Source of the DNA: Felis catus
Lineage: Eukaryota
Length of the DNA: 64,000 nucleotides
Assembly: GCF_018350175.1 (NCBI RefSeq)
Contig: NC_058369.1
Location: 4,528,001 to 4,592,000, forward strand
Reading direction: 5' to 3'
Shown here: positions 45,201 to 57,688 of the stretch, one piece after another
Numbering within the stretch: the first letter of the stretch is position 1
How the letters are laid out: the number at the start of each line of letters is the position of its first letter
Program-made: the position numbers and the translations under genes
The notes under the pieces: generated by a model
What the model was told of the DNA's origin: nothing
Databases searched by the model: none
What the model saw: only the letters and a program-made list of their open reading frames with translations

Positions 45201-48200
45201 GGTCGCAGGAATGGGTCCAAGCACCAAGAGGCACGCTGGCCAATGCCTCCAATGCAGTTCCCACCATGCCCCCTACCCCCAAGTCCTAGGGCCAAGCGAG
45301 CCTCCACGGCTGCCCAGGACCTGCACAAGCAGCAACGGCCTTCGGAGCTGCAGCTCCTCACCAGGGTCTGCCCGGGGCTCCCAGACCGCGAGCCCTCTGA
45401 AATCACACGCTGACGTGAGCATAAGGTAGATATTCCCAGGGTTAAGGACTCCTCCCAGTCGTATTCTCAAAGCGTTAATGACCCAAAAGTGCCTAAGAAC
45501 CAAGTTTTAGAGAAAGGTCAACCAAGCCAAGTGGCTGACATCAGACAGAGAAGCAGGGTGCCCCTGGAGCTACGAGAGTACAGTTCAGGAAGAGGGGCCA
45601 ACGGGGCCAACCATTACCGGGGTGGGAGCCTCCAGTTCCCGACCACCACTGCACCCTCTGGGACAGAACCATCAGGGACTGATCTACTGAGGGCTGTGGC
45701 AGCCAGACTCGCCACCGGCCCCCAGGCCCGGGGCTCCCGTGGTCAAGGCCCTGCAAGGACATAGCCCTTCCCTCCTGGCCCCTCTGCCTGGCGCAGGTGG
45801 CCTGGCCAATCAGACCTTCTGGCTCCAGGCTGCCAGAGAAGCAATGTGGGTGCCCAAAGGAAGGTGCTCAGCTGGAGGAAGTGGCTGGCGCACAGGTGGT
45901 GCTGTCCAAGGAGAGCCGAGAGGGACTGACGGCTCAGAAGCGGAAGGGTTTCTTTGAGGACCGTCAGCAGAGAAGAACCTGCCGTTCGCTGCCTGAGAAA
46001 CCCGTGCAGGCGCCTCCTAAGTCACGCTGCCTGGGGGGCTGGAGAAAGACCCTGGGGCAGGGAGGGGGACGGAATCCTGCCTGCCCCAGCCTCCCGGACC
46101 TGGCAGATACACTCTTCTGGCTCGGGGGCTCGCTCCCAGGAATCTCAAAGACGCTGGCGACAGATGCTGCGAGCAGACACAGACGCAGTGTTGCCGGCCA
46201 CCAGGGTGTCCTTACCACCCGGGGGGGGGGGGGGGGCATTTCTTTGAGACGTTTTGGGTGGCTTGCAGATGACACGTACAGAAGAGATACCAACTCCTAC
46301 TCTTTCTGTTCTGCAGAAAGTCCCGAAAAACCGTAGATGGCTGAGATAGAAACCACCAAGATCTCTAGCAAGCATCTTCCTTCCGTTTAACCTCCATGTG
46401 GTTCAGGGAAGGACAGGCCCAGGAGGCCGGCATGGGGAAGATCCCAAGAGCCACACTCCATACCTGGACTCTGACCACACACGTCTGGAGAGCTTAAGTC
46501 AGACAAATCCGGGGATATCAGACACCCACTGACCTTGTGGAAAGTGCCAGAAAGACCCTGCCTGGGCGATGTGGCTCTCCTCCAGTGTTGCTGAAGAGTA
46601 AAGCTGGAAGGCGGCCTGAGAGTTCAACCTGTCCCGCCTGGGGTGCCCCAGGTCCACAACACCCAACAGGTGAATGAAGCAAGAAACACGCAAAGATGAG
46701 AAAGAGATAAGCTTGTGAGGTCGGAGACGGGAGGATTAGCAGCCACCCTGAGAGCCAGATGCGCTTGGCCTCCGGGACACGGGACTGTGTGGGCGGCTGC
46801 AAGGGAACAGGACGCACGCTCACGAGTTTATATGGACATCAGGACACCATCTGAAGAGCTCCAGTGACCAGTCCTGAACAGTTCAGAGAGAGGTCGCAGG
46901 AAGGCAGAGTGCCACCCGCCCAACAGGACTGAGACAAGAGGACAAAAACATTCCTTCTCGGGGAAAAATGAGCCTTCTCACCACATCGTCCCACCGGGCG
47001 CTTCCCCCAAATAAGCCTTCTGTGCTGAGAGCTGTTCCCAAAGAAAGAAGCCAAGCCTGGAACAGCCCAGGCTGGGGGTTGGGGGGGCACCCAGCCCTGG
47101 CAGATGGGGTGTCCTGGCCACGCTCAGGAGGCCTGGGAGCTGGGCAGTCAAGGCTGTGGCAGAAATACTCTGTCCATGGGCCCCAACCGTGCGAGACTCT
47201 CAGGGTCCTGTCTTAGGAGGGAGCCCTAAGGCCCACTGATGCAGTGGGAGCAGTGGGGATGGGGCAGGCTCTCTGGCCTTGAAAGGAAGAGGGTGAAGAG
47301 CCTACAATTACTCGGCTGCTCGTGCAATCCAGCAGGAACCGACCCTCCTGAGTGGCAGGGAGCCGCCAGGCGGAGCGAAGAGCTCTAAGAGGAAGATGCC
47401 AAGGGAGCAAGTCTGGGAACAGAAGGCCCAGCTCTGCAGAGGGGGCGCCCTGAGCCCAGGACCCACCACTGGGCCCCAGTGCTCCCATGTGACTGGGCCT
47501 TCCGCCTCACTAACCTTGGAGCCGTGGGACGGTTTGGTCTTCTTGGGGTCAGAGAAGGCAGAGAGTGGAATTGTGGGTAACATGGGGTAGTCGGGGCTGG
47601 GCCTGGACACCGTTTCTGCTCCTTCGGGCATTACCATCACCTAGTGATAAAGAAGAGACAGATGTTATCAGTGAGCAAGGAGGCAAGAGGAAGTGTGCCT
47701 GCAGGAGTCCGGCCAGAGGCTGGGGGAGCTGCCTTCTGGGACAAGGGCAAGGGGGAATTGAGCGTCACTTGTCCCAAAGAATCAAAGGCGTTTCCTCCAT
47801 GAGAGGCTGGGTGCTGAGTGCTCAGAGCAAAGCGGGCTCAAGGTGGCGAGTGAACAGAAGCTGGGGTCCCAGGATGGCTGGGCCCAGGTGTGGCCGCGTG
47901 GCCTCTGGGAGGAGAGCCCCGAGCGCAGTGGGCAGAGGGCGAGGCCAGGAAGACCGGCGGAGTGTGCCGAGAAGCACGAGAAGGCAACCGTGGCCCAAGC
48001 TGACCGGCACGCTGCGGTTTAGAAGGACCAGAAGCATGGTTTGGGAAGGCGAGAGGCCAGCCAGATACCCACACTGGGCAGCCGCGCGGCAGAGAGAGCA
48101 ACTTCTGATGGGCGTGCGTACGGGGGACTTCACAGGGTCCCGCGTTTCCAGGGTGGGGGTGGGGGGTGGGGGGTGGGGAGACGAGCCCTCCTCCACGGTC

Positions 48201-51100
48201 AAGCAGGTAGAAGGTGACTGAACTGGCAGCATGGGAGGCAGAGGCAGGAGAGAACCGCACGGGGGTGGGCGCAGCACGAGCCTGCGGGGGAGGGCAGCGA
48301 GTGCCCCACTCTGTTAGCCAACTGCGAGGAGGAAGGGCCTGGAGTCCTGCCAGAAGGTGCTCCCGGGATCCCGGGCTCCTGCCGCACCTGCTGAAGGAGA
48401 GAAGGCTTGGGGGCAAGTTGTCCAAATACTGACACGCTGCAACTTAACACTGCTAGCAGCCAGACACTCAGAGGCAGCCTTCCAGAGAGCGACGAGACAG
48501 AACAGAAGAACGCAGCACACGTTAAAAAAAATAATCATAAAAGGAAGCAAGGGGGGAAAAAGCATTCAGCTCAGTATCACGAGCACCATTAATAACCTTG
48601 AACGCCTGGGATTGATTCCCTGATGAGCCAAACCTCTCCTCTGAGGAGGCTGGTGTCAGAGAACACGGGGGTGATCCCCTCCCACAGCCCCCCGACCCCG
48701 AGGCAGCCCAGCCCGAGGCCCGAGTTCCTCCTCAGAGCCCGTCCGACCGCAACACTATGACCCACGGTGCCCAGAGCCCAGCTGAGTAGCCCCGGTCTCG
48801 GGCTCGCGAGGACGCGTGTGAGAGAGAAAGGCGACTGACGCCCTGAGCCAGGAGCACACGCGGGTCTGGGCTCCCTCACTCTCGTGTTCAGGTCCCTTCT
48901 CTCCCTTCAGGTTCACCTCCTGGCCTGACGCGGCTCCTATCCCTCTGCTCTGTAACAGCACTTTGAAAACAGGCGAAGCAAACTAGCGGATCTGCTTCCT
49001 CCTCCGCCGCGGTACTTCACGAGGACCCAGCACACCCGGTGGAAATACAGACCCTCGGCCGCAGAAGGAGCTCCTTTCTGTGCAGCTCAACTGCCGACGG
49101 GGCACCGGATGAGACCCAGTGCCGAGGGGATGGGCGGCCGCCTCCTCAAGGCTGGCCTCTGGCCGTCGGGTCACCGCCGAGGAGGGGCTCAGGCGGGTAA
49201 TCAGTTCCGGGTGACCGCAGTGGAGGGGCAGCACGGAAGGCCGGTCTCATCGACCCACGACTGGGCGGGTCTGCGGTCATCTGCCGCAAGATGGCAGAGG
49301 CCGGCCCCACTGGGGACGCTCAACTCCAGGAGAGCACACGAGGACCCCAAGTCACGTGGTGGGAGCTACTGTCCCACAAGAGTCCCAGGCTGCTCCTAAG
49401 ACCAGAGATCACTGCTTTGCCGTCAGCCCAGGGCAAGCCCCAGAAGCCCACAGGCCCCCAAGGGTGAGAAGGTTCCTGACCAACCCACCGGCTCTCTGGG
49501 CAGCCCCCACAAGGGGGAAGAGCCCCTGGCAGAAACCACCGTGCTGTGGCACACGGGCCTCGCTCTCCCTCCTCCCTCCAGGACCGGCCCTTCTTCCCAA
49601 ACGGCCAGCCAGACCTGCGCTCCCAACCTCTCCCCCTGCCGCCACCTCCGCCCTCCAGTTTTATATGTTTTGGTGATGCACACTGAGCCTTCATCTCTTC
49701 TTAGCAAAGAAAAGCTCCTTACGCAGGGGACGGAGGGGGACGGCCCCTTGGTCCTGGAGCTCTGGGAGGCCCATGAGATGTGACCTGCGTGTCTGTCTCC
49801 CACAGAAATGCTGTCTGTGGAACCCCTGGGTGGCAAGGGCTTGGGGAAACATTTGGCAGCAGAAAGAAGGTGGACAAGCAGGGCTGGGGGAGACTGTCGA
49901 CCCAGGCACCCCCTCCCCCTTCCAGAACTCCCAGGCGAAGTTCAGGACAAATGTCTCTGCAAACTGCTTCCAAGACCTGCCTGTTTGTTCCCATCAGCCA
50001 GTACATGCTAGACTATAATCACAGACTCATCTGTTAGTAGGAACGCAATAGAACGTAGTCAAATTTTCTGCAATGAATAACTGCTTCTCTTTTTTTTTTT
50101 TTTTAAATAAAGCTTACAGAAGCCCCAACTGAATAAATGACGAAGGACTGCTTCAGAGGCCGAAAGCAGCAGCTCAGTCCAAACTCCCTGTGTGCACTGG
50201 GCAGGTGGGCCTCCTGACCCGAATCCTCCCGGCCGGCACCCAGGCAAATGCTCAGTGATTCCGGGTCACTAAAACATGGCTCTGGGATGTCCCGTGTCCT
50301 TGGCCTGGCCCTCCTTCGGCCACACGGCACACACAGTCCAGCCTACAGCCGAGCACCCCTCCTCCTCCACCTCAGGCACCCCTCCTCCGACTCTGCACTG
50401 TGCTCCCGGCGCTCGGCCACCACACGCACACTCACTAAGAGGCCCAGGCTTGGAGAGCTGCCACTTGTCTGGCTTCACTAGGACAAAACTGCCAGGCCAC
50501 GCGCATCATCAGGGAACCCCACAGAGAGCCACTGCTGCTCCCCCCGATGACGCAGCCCCGGCACAGCCTTGCCAATCCGGTTAACAGCTGGCTCCCACGC
50601 CTCGCCACGCTGACAGACTGGCCTCACGCCCACTCCTCCCACCCCTCCTTCCCATGAAGGAAGATGCTAATTAACCACAGTCAGCCAGGAAACCATGGGG
50701 ATAACTAGCGACCGGTCACTCACAGCGACAACGCCCCAGCACAGGCTCGGGGCACCCGGGTCCCACGGTGCTGCCGGGTGCCACGGATGCAAACTGTACC
50801 TCTGAGTCTCGGGCACCCGGCCAAGGCCGGAGACACATGCCCAGGAGACCCCGAGGTACCCCCGGCACCAAGCTGCTCAACGTCAGGAGCCACGTGGGAG
50901 CCACGACCGAGCAGCCAGCGCGTCCCCAGCATCCATCTGCGCAGGGGCACACTCACCCCGCCAGCCATCAGGAGCTTGTACCGGAACTCGATGGTGGGAT
51001 TGTTGAAGGTGAGCTTCTCACAGCGCAGGTGGTTCACGGGCGGGTTGCCCTCCAGGTTCAGGAACAGGTCATAGGTGAAGCAAACCTTCCTGGGCTCCTC
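32334..51100 (-). CDS. MLLT1: MLLT1/ENL (YEATS-domain super elongation complex subunit), 5'-partial, exons 4-12: complement(join(32334..32462,32675..32746,32951..33022,33392..33491,35581..35689,38105..38192,43048..43602,47515..47640,50957..51100))
   Basis: The translation matches ENL: YEATS C-terminal half [35 protein letters not shown], the Pro/Ser/Lys-rich IDR, and the [38 protein letters not shown]...LEAVAT*. All introns GT-AG with consistent phases. Exons 1-3 were not found in the window. Confidence 0.97.
32636..32665 (+). repeat. G30 homopolymer in MLLT1 intron 11
   Basis: 30 consecutive G. Confidence 0.9.
32675..32746 (-). CDS. MLLT1: MLLT1 exon 11 ([24 protein letters not shown])
   Basis: ccccag| acceptor, CAG|gtgcgg donor, 72 nt. 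Confidence 0.96.
32951..33022 (-). CDS. MLLT1: MLLT1 exon 10 ([24 protein letters not shown])
   Basis: ctgcag| acceptor, AAG|gtgggc donor, 72 nt. Confidence 0.95.
33392..33491 (-). CDS. MLLT1: MLLT1 exon 9 ([13 protein letters not shown]...PPPNSK)
   Basis: gtccag| acceptor, AAG|gtaagc donor, 100 nt. Confidence 0.95.
35581..35689 (-). CDS. MLLT1: MLLT1 exon 8 ([15 protein letters not shown]...GRDSR)
   Basis: ccccag| acceptor, AG|gtgcct donor, 109 nt. Confidence 0.95.
36860..37420 (+). repeat. G-rich minisatellite (GGGGTGAGGA/GGGGTGAAGACTGGGGCAG monomers, ~97-bp higher-order period)
   Basis: TGAAGACTGG recurs at 36885, 36959, 37056, 37153 and 37252, with a variant at 37308. Confidence 0.9.
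37455..37575 (+). repeat. (GGAG)n/(GGAA)n microsatellite
   Basis: Direct inspection. Confidence 0.95.
38105..38192 (-). CDS. MLLT1: MLLT1 exon 7 ([29 protein letters not shown])
   Basis: ggtgaag| acceptor, G|gtgcgt donor, 88 nt. Confidence 0.94.
41200..41240 (+). repeat. (TG)n microsatellite
   Basis: About 20 TG units. Confidence 0.95.
41464..42256 (+). mobile_element. 5'-truncated feline L1 (ORF2 C-terminus + 3'UTR) with a (GGAA)n(GAAA)n tail, antisense in MLLT1 intron 6
   Basis: ORF2 peptide [54 protein letters not shown] ~42048; TSD AAACACAAAAGGG at 41451 and 42257. Confidence 0.92.
43048..43602 (-). CDS. MLLT1: MLLT1 exon 6 (DASRDSSK...EDEASFKTE)
   Basis: tttcag| acceptor, GAG|gtgagg donor, 555 nt. 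Confidence 0.96.
47515..47640 (-). CDS. MLLT1: MLLT1 exon 5 (VMVMPEGA...PSHGSK)
   Basis: cactag| acceptor, AAG|gttagt donor, 126 nt. Confidence 0.96.
50957..51100 (-). CDS. MLLT1: MLLT1 exon 4 (EEPRKVCF...LLMAGG)
   Basis: tttaag| acceptor, GGG|gtgagt donor, 144 nt. Confidence 0.96.
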
Positions 51101-51559
51101 CTTAAACAAAGAAAACAAGGAAGTTCATCTCACAGCCACGCAGAAGGGCGGGCAGGAGGCTGCAGGGACAGCCACGAGGCACGGTCCCCGCCACCGGCCC
51201 CTGCCCTTCTTTGCCCTCCGCGAGGCCTCCGTTTCTCTCTCCCGGTCCCTTATCTGCTTCCCTCTCGTGTGCCTCCTTCTCATCCATTCCGTTATCCGAA
51301 AGAAGTCGACTTCCTATTTGCACTGGACCCAGCAAAGCAGCCTCCACAACAGAAGCACAGATCGTTCTCAGACGGTCAATGGAAACATTCCTGCTGATGG
51401 CACGTGCAGCCTGGCGCACACCTTCCCCTGCAACCCTCGCGGCCCCCGTCAACAAACGGAGAGACTGAGGCCTGAAGACACGACTGCCGGGTGGCAGTGC
51501 TAAGATCTGATCCGACTCTGAGGCCCCTGATTCTAGGGCCTCCAGCCCCTGCTCCCTTC

Positions 51560-52350
51560 CTGGAAGGGAAATGTCTCCAGAGACATCCAGATGGCCAGCA
51601 AGCACACTAAGAGATGTTCAACATCACTAACGACTAGGGAGCCGCAAATCAAAACCACAACATAGCCCCTCACACCTATGAGGCCAGCAATTACTTGAAA
51701 AATGGAAAACAGCAAGCAGTAGTGAGGAGAAAACGGTGCCCTTGGGCACGGCGGCTGGAACGCACAACTGCCAACGCGGTCACTCCGGAAAGCTGTCCAG
51801 GGGTTCCTCAAGACATCCGACGCTGAGTAACGATGTGACCCATGTATCCCTCCTCACATACGGCCGAGAGAAGTGAAAACATACGTTCACGCAAACACTT
51901 GTACGTCCTAGTCCATAGAACAGCATTACTCTGGACTCAAAACTGGAAGCAATCCAAGTGTCCAACAGATGAAGGGACACACACAGTGAGGTCCCTCCAC
52001 ACAATGCAGTATCACAGCCGCGAGCAGGAGCCAGGCACCCACACCCGCCGCCCCGCGGACGGACCCCGAACACGCGACGCTCAGGGAGGGAACCAGACAC
52101 GAGAGGCCACACGGGGGGTGAGTCCACGTGTGTGAAACGTCCAGAACACGCTCATCCACGGACAGGAAGGGGGTTCGTGGGTGCTGAGGGCTGGGGGAAG
52201 ACTACTGATGGGGACACAGTTGCTTCCTGGGGACAGGGAATGTTCTAGAATTAGAAAACTGTGATGGCTGCACAACACTGTGAACATCCTAAAACCACTG
52301 AATTTGTATGCTTTCAAAGGGAATTTCCTGGTATGTGAATTATACGCAAT
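51560..52350 (+). mobile_element. GC-shifted L1MB fragment
   Basis: GAAGACAT-like start, AAGAGATGTTCAACATCACTAA..CAAATCAAAACCACAA, AAACTGGAAGCAATCCAAGTGTCC, GGCTGCACAACACTGTGAA. Confidence 0.75.
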
Positions 52351-53746
52351 TGCTTTACAAGCCCTCCAGCAGGAGAGAAGCCCAGGGGTGCAGGTTGCTG
52401 GTGAGGAGCTCTCGGCACCTGGGAGGAGACCCAGGACACGGCAGTCAGGGGTGTGAAGAAGGGGGGGCTCCGTGCACACGCCCTCTTTCTTCCACCCAGA
52501 CGGGCCGGGCCACAGCCCCGGGGAGAGAAGGGGGCAGAGACGGGGGCTGAGCCTACACTCCCCCTGCTCCAACTGCAGCCAGGGCCCCGGGCCACCCCAC
52601 CTTCCCCCTCAGTCTCCACAGCCAGCGCCACGGTTTATAGGAGCCATGCGAGCCCTGTGGGCCTTTTTGAGCTCTGATGAACGGGCAGCGTGTGGGAGTG
52701 GGGACCTGACTGGCCCCGAGCCTACTTCTGGACAGAGGGGACACCAGTGGGGCCCCGCTGTGCCCTGCGTTCAGGCCACAAAGGTAGAAGGCACACCTGT
52801 CAAGTAGGGGAGTTGCAGACGCTGCCTTTTGGGAGCCTTGAGCCTGGTGCAGGGAAGACAAGCAAACAGGCCTTCCCAAGCCAGTGCCAACCAGTGAGGG
52901 GACACTGGCCTTGCCCCTCCTCCCCAGCAGCCCTTGGGGTCAGCAAGAGTGGTTTCTACCCCAGCTGGCCCCATCTGAACCACACCCGGCCAGCCTTCTC
53001 CTGGCCCAAGGCAGACACGTGACCTGGTCTGAGTGAGTGATGAGGTGGAGCGGAGGGCAGCCTAGGGACAGCTTTCCTTCCCAAGTCACACACGAAGCAC
53101 AAGAAAAAAGGCCCAGTATCTCTTTTCCCTACCTAGTCGGGAGCTCAGCAATCCCGGAAGAGCGTGCAGGGAAGCCGCGAGGATCTCTGGGCCACGAACA
53201 CCGGCCAGCTGCCTTCCGACGTCTTGTTGAGAAAGAGAAAGGGCCCCCGTAAAGCCCCCAAATGCAGCTGAGCCCCTCCTCTGTGCCTGCACTGTTTTGT
53301 GCCCAACCTAACGGAGGTATTTGTCACAGTGGGTATGTCTCCCCACCAAGCTGGGAACCCACTGGAGGCAGGGGCTGTGGGGACCCTGGCCCCGTACTCA
53401 GGTGCTGGCCTAGGGAAGACACTCCATTTCTGTCAAAAGACTGAAACACTAAGACGGACAAGAGTGGGGTGTGACCCAACAGTGTGGGTGGGGAGGGGTC
53501 GGGAAGGCCCCGGGGAGGCTGTGCCAGGTGTGGAGAGTGGCTATGAGTTGATCAGGGAAGGAAGGGGGTGAGGAGAAGCCCCACAGGCCACAGTGTCCTT
53601 CCGGAGCCCTGCGAGTCCACATGGCCGCAGCTGGGAGGGGAGGGGGGACCGTGGTGGCAGTAGGTGACCGGAGAGATGGACCTTGGCCACATTCCGGGGG
53701 CAGAGGTGTCTACAGGGGGCTCTGGGCTCAGCAAGAACAAGCCCAC

Positions 53747-54010
53747 GGGCACCTGGGTGGTCTTGGTTTCGGCTCAGGTCACGCTCTCACAGCTTTGTGG
53801 GTTTGAGCCCCACATCAGGCTCTGCACTGGCAGCATGGAGCCTGCTTGGGATTCTCTCTCTCCCTCTCTCTGCCCCTCTCCCACTCATGCTGTCTGTCTC
53901 TCTCAAAATAAATAAACTTAAAAGAGGAAGGAAGGAAGGAAGGAAGGAAGGAAGGAAGGAAGGAAGGAAGGAAGGAAGGGCCAAGAAAGAAAGAAAGAAA
54001 GAAAGAAAGG
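53747..54010 (+). mobile_element. CAN-SINE with (GGAA)n/(GAAA)n tail
   Basis: GGGCACCTGGGTGG head, tail microsatellite. Confidence 0.85.
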
Positions 54011-54102
54011 GCCCAGATCTGCATCCCAGGAAGCCAACACCCTCTGGCCTGCAGGACACCACCACTGGGGGCGAGGTTTGAACCTGGCAGATAAAGGAAG
54101 CC

Positions 54103-54133
<31 letters not shown>

Positions 54134-54160
54134 CAAAACAAAACAAAACAAAACAAACAA
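54103..54160 (+). repeat. (AAAAC)n microsatellite
   Basis: Direct inspection. Confidence 0.95.
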
Positions 54161-54700
54161 CCGTATCAGACATCTGTCCTGTTCCACTAGGTAAACACAG
54201 AAGCTGCGAGAGGCGGACCACGTGGGTCACTCCAGCTGACGTGGGCACCACTGCTCTGTACCTCCTAGCGGGTCAGTGACTGGGGAGCCGTCCATCAACT
54301 GTGGCCGGCATCACACAGGCCACAGATGAGACCGATGCGTCACCTTTCGGGGAGGACTTCACCTCCAGACGCCGGTTCGAGTGAACCCGGGGAACAGACG
54401 CAGTGGAGGATGGTGCTCAGTAACAAACGCCGCGGCACAAAAGCCACAAAACGCCGGGCGATACCGACTCTACAGGGCCAATGGCCTGGTTTCTTCAACA
54501 AGTCAACTGCACAAGAGAGCAACGGCAGAGGGAGGCTCCCCGTCTCCGCCCCTTACCAACACGTGAGCCCCAACACGGTGGTCGTGTCTACATCCTGATT
54601 CAAACGGAAAAACAAACTTTTCACAAAATCCCTCGGGTGTCACGGGATGGCCAACGTGTAGGTTCTGACACTGATATTTTATTAAAAAGCAGTCCCCATC

Positions 54701-54935
54701 TTTTTTTTTTTTTTTTAATTTTTTTTTTCTCAACGTTTTTATTTATTTTTGGGACAGAGAGAGACAGAGCATGAACGGGGGAGGGGCAGAGAGAGAGGGA
54801 GACACAGAATCGGAAACAGGCTCCAGGCTCCGAGCCATCAGCCCAGAGCCTGACGCGGGGCTCGAACTCCCGGACCGCGAGATCGTGACCTGGCTGAAGT
54901 CGGACGCTTAACCGACTGCGCCACCCAGGCGTCCC
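54701..54935 (-). mobile_element. Young CAN-SINE with a long perfect TSD
   Basis: TSD AAAAAGCAGTCCCCATC(TTTT) at 54684 and 54936; long T tract. Confidence 0.92.
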
Positions 54936-57146
54936 AAAAAGCAGTCCCCATCTTTTAGAGACGCGTTCTGAAACAGTGACACGGGAAGTTACGATGTGCG
55001 GGCGGGGCGTGCTCCAAAATGACACAGGCAGGAAAGTGGCAGGTCAGAGGCGGTAAGTGCTGGAACCAGGGGATGGCCACGGGGGGCTTGCTACAGCACT
55101 CCGACTCCCTCGACAGATGTCTCGTCGTTTCCTGAAATTTCTGTGAGTGGACACAGTGCCACGAAGCCACGCGCTTGGCGGAGGAACTCGGCGAAGGGAA
55201 CGACTTGTGAGGGAGGGGAGGGTGGCTTGGGGCCTCCGGGTCACCAGCAGGAGGTGAGCGACCTTCGGACGACCCTGCGAGCACAGGGTCAGACTGGGCC
55301 GGGGGCTCACTTCTCACTGGCCACGTGGCCTTGGTCACAAGGCCTGTCCTCCTAAGCCTCGGTTTCTTCAAGTACGAGGGGGAGTATTTGATGAGACAAA
55401 GCAGCCGATTGTCTCAGTGATCAGGGAAGCTGTTGCTTTTATCAGAAAGAGATCCGGCTGCAAGAGGTCACCTGGGACACCCACAGACAGACGGTAACTG
55501 AAGCCACAGGACTCCCCAGCAGGAAAATGGGAGCTCCCAGGCACACTGAAAGGCTGCCCCGTATCCTGCACTCAAGGGGTGGAGAGAAGACGAAGGCCTG
55601 GTGCCGAGCGGGGGTGCCCGACATTTATCACGGCCAGGCACTTTTTCTAAGCACTTGACACGTATGACTGTGTCCCAGCCCGAAGCACAAGTTCTCTCAC
55701 TGGCCCCATTTCACAGATGAAGAAGCTGAAACACAGGTAACCTGCTTGGCGCCACGCCACTGGCTGGTCAGCGGTAAGCCAGGACTCACTCAGGGTGGGC
55801 GGTACTCTCTGGAAGCCGTGGCCCTCGGAGGAAAGCGGGAGGGACGCTTACGACTCCCCAGAGCTGGGCACGCAGCATCTGGGCTGGGCAGGGGCCCTCC
55901 CCCGAGTGCCCAGAGGGTGTCCTGCTCTACTGACCTGGGATCGGCGGCTGGCAGCTGACGTGTACGTCACAGCACGCTGATGACGGCTGATCAGAGCTCC
56001 CTCTGGTAAGACCTCAGCCCGGTGCAGCTTAGGAACTTCCAAAAGGGTGACGCCCCCTCCCCGGGAAACCAGCCTCCTTCTCGGGAGGCACAGGCAGTGA
56101 GGAAATGCCTCCAAGAGTCACAGCATGTTCAGTGAGGAGTAGCCAAGTTCAAGGTGTGCTGGGCCCACAGTCCCAGGAGTAACATCCCTGTCCTTCCAGC
56201 CAGACCCTGCCTACGTGTGGAGGGTCTCTCTCAGCAGAGGCAGCTGAAGCTGGCCCCAAATGCTCTCGGCCCAGGCCACGGGCGGCCACCCACCGCCCAG
56301 GATACTGGCCGCAGGCCAGCGTCTCTCTCCAGACTCAGCAAACTAAGACCCAGAAGAACTGGCCAAACTGGTGCCAGCGCCCAGAGCTGATGGCGCGTGG
56401 ACCTGTCCACAGCTTTCGGGCAGTCCAGGCCACAGGAGGCCTGGGGGCATGGGCCCAAAGCCCTGGGGCCAGCCGCCCACGCCTGCGGCTTCTGCTGCTG
56501 CCTCTCCAGCACCTGGGACCCTCCCCAGAGATGTCTCCAGGGCCCTGCCCTCTTCTGCAGCCGGCAGAGCTAGCCCTGGAGGACCCTGTGTGCGACCAGA
56601 AGAGGAGTTGGCCCTCACTCCCCCGGAGTTCCAGAACTCACTAGCTGAGGGCGACCTCGGGGCTACGTCCTTGTCATCTTGGCCCTGCCCACACTTCCTT
56701 CCAGGGGCCTGCCTGCCACCTCCCTGTTAGAAGGCCCCGGATTCAAAACACAGTTAGACCTGAATCTGATCGTGGCCCTGTATCTAACTGCCAGTTTACA
56801 GGGCTGCTGTCAGCAACATCCCAACGGGGCAAACCATACAGCGGTGCAGAATGCTTTGCAAGGCAGAGAAAGAAAAGACTTAAAGAAGCTTAAGAAACGC
56901 AGCAACCAATTGCGAAGCACCGACCTTGTCTGAATCCTGATGTAAACAAATTATTAAAATAGATATATATGTGATCACACGAAAGCTCTGACATTGGATA
57001 CTTGATACTGAGAATTATTAATTAATTTCCAACGTGATGATACTGCAGTTAGGGCACTTTTACAAGAGTCTTATCTTTCATACACACAGACTGAAATACT
57101 TTCAAATTAAAGAGAGGATGTCGTGGACTTGTTTCAAAATAATCCC

Positions 57147-57350
57147 AGGGCGCCTGGGGGACTCAGTCGGTTGAGCGACCGACTTTGGCTCAGGTCATGA
57201 TCTTGCGGTTCATGGGTTCGAGCCCCGCGTCGGGCTCTGGGCTGACGGCTCAGAGCCTGGAGCCTGCTTCCGATTCTGTGTCTCCCTCTCTCTCTCTGAC
57301 CCTCCCCCATTCATGCTCTGTCTCAAAAATAAATAAACGTTAAAAAAAAT
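57147..57350 (+). mobile_element. CAN-SINE within an L1MC-like relic (~56800-57470)
   Basis: SINE head; TSD-like AAAATAATCCCA. Confidence 0.85.
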
Positions 57351-57473
57351 TTTTTGTTCAAAAAATAATCCCACGGCCAAAGACGAAACGGGCACTGTAC
57401 TCAAGTAAGTGCTGGCGTGGGGCGGTTCGCTACTCTCCACTTCCGCGTATATTTTAAGTTTCCTGTACTAAGA

Positions 57474-57688
57474 CTTTTTTTTAATGTTTATTTATTTTTG
57501 AGAAAGAGAGACAGCGTGAGTGGGGGGAGGGGCAGAGGGAGAGGGAGAGGGAGACGCAGAATCCAACGCAGGCTCCGGGCTCTGGGCTGTTAGCACAGAG
57601 CCTGACGCGGGGCTCGAACCCACGAACGGCGAGACATGACGTGAGCCGAGGTCGGACGTTTAGCCAACTGAGTCCCCCCAGGCGCCCC
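57474..57688 (-). mobile_element. CAN-SINE
   Basis: Reverse SINE, flanks aagacttt. Confidence 0.88.

Noticed and set aside
50957..51100. ENL YEATS differences from recalled human sequence (NPTIEF vs NPTTEF, LLMAGG vs LLRAGG)
   Set aside because: These positions also vary in the paralogue AF9. The Wilms-tumour hotspot NPPVNHL is wild type. Ordinary species divergence.
37497..53980. Three (GGAA)n tracts as EWS-FLI1-type enhancers
   Set aside because: Relevant only with an oncogenic fusion; two are simply retroelement tails.
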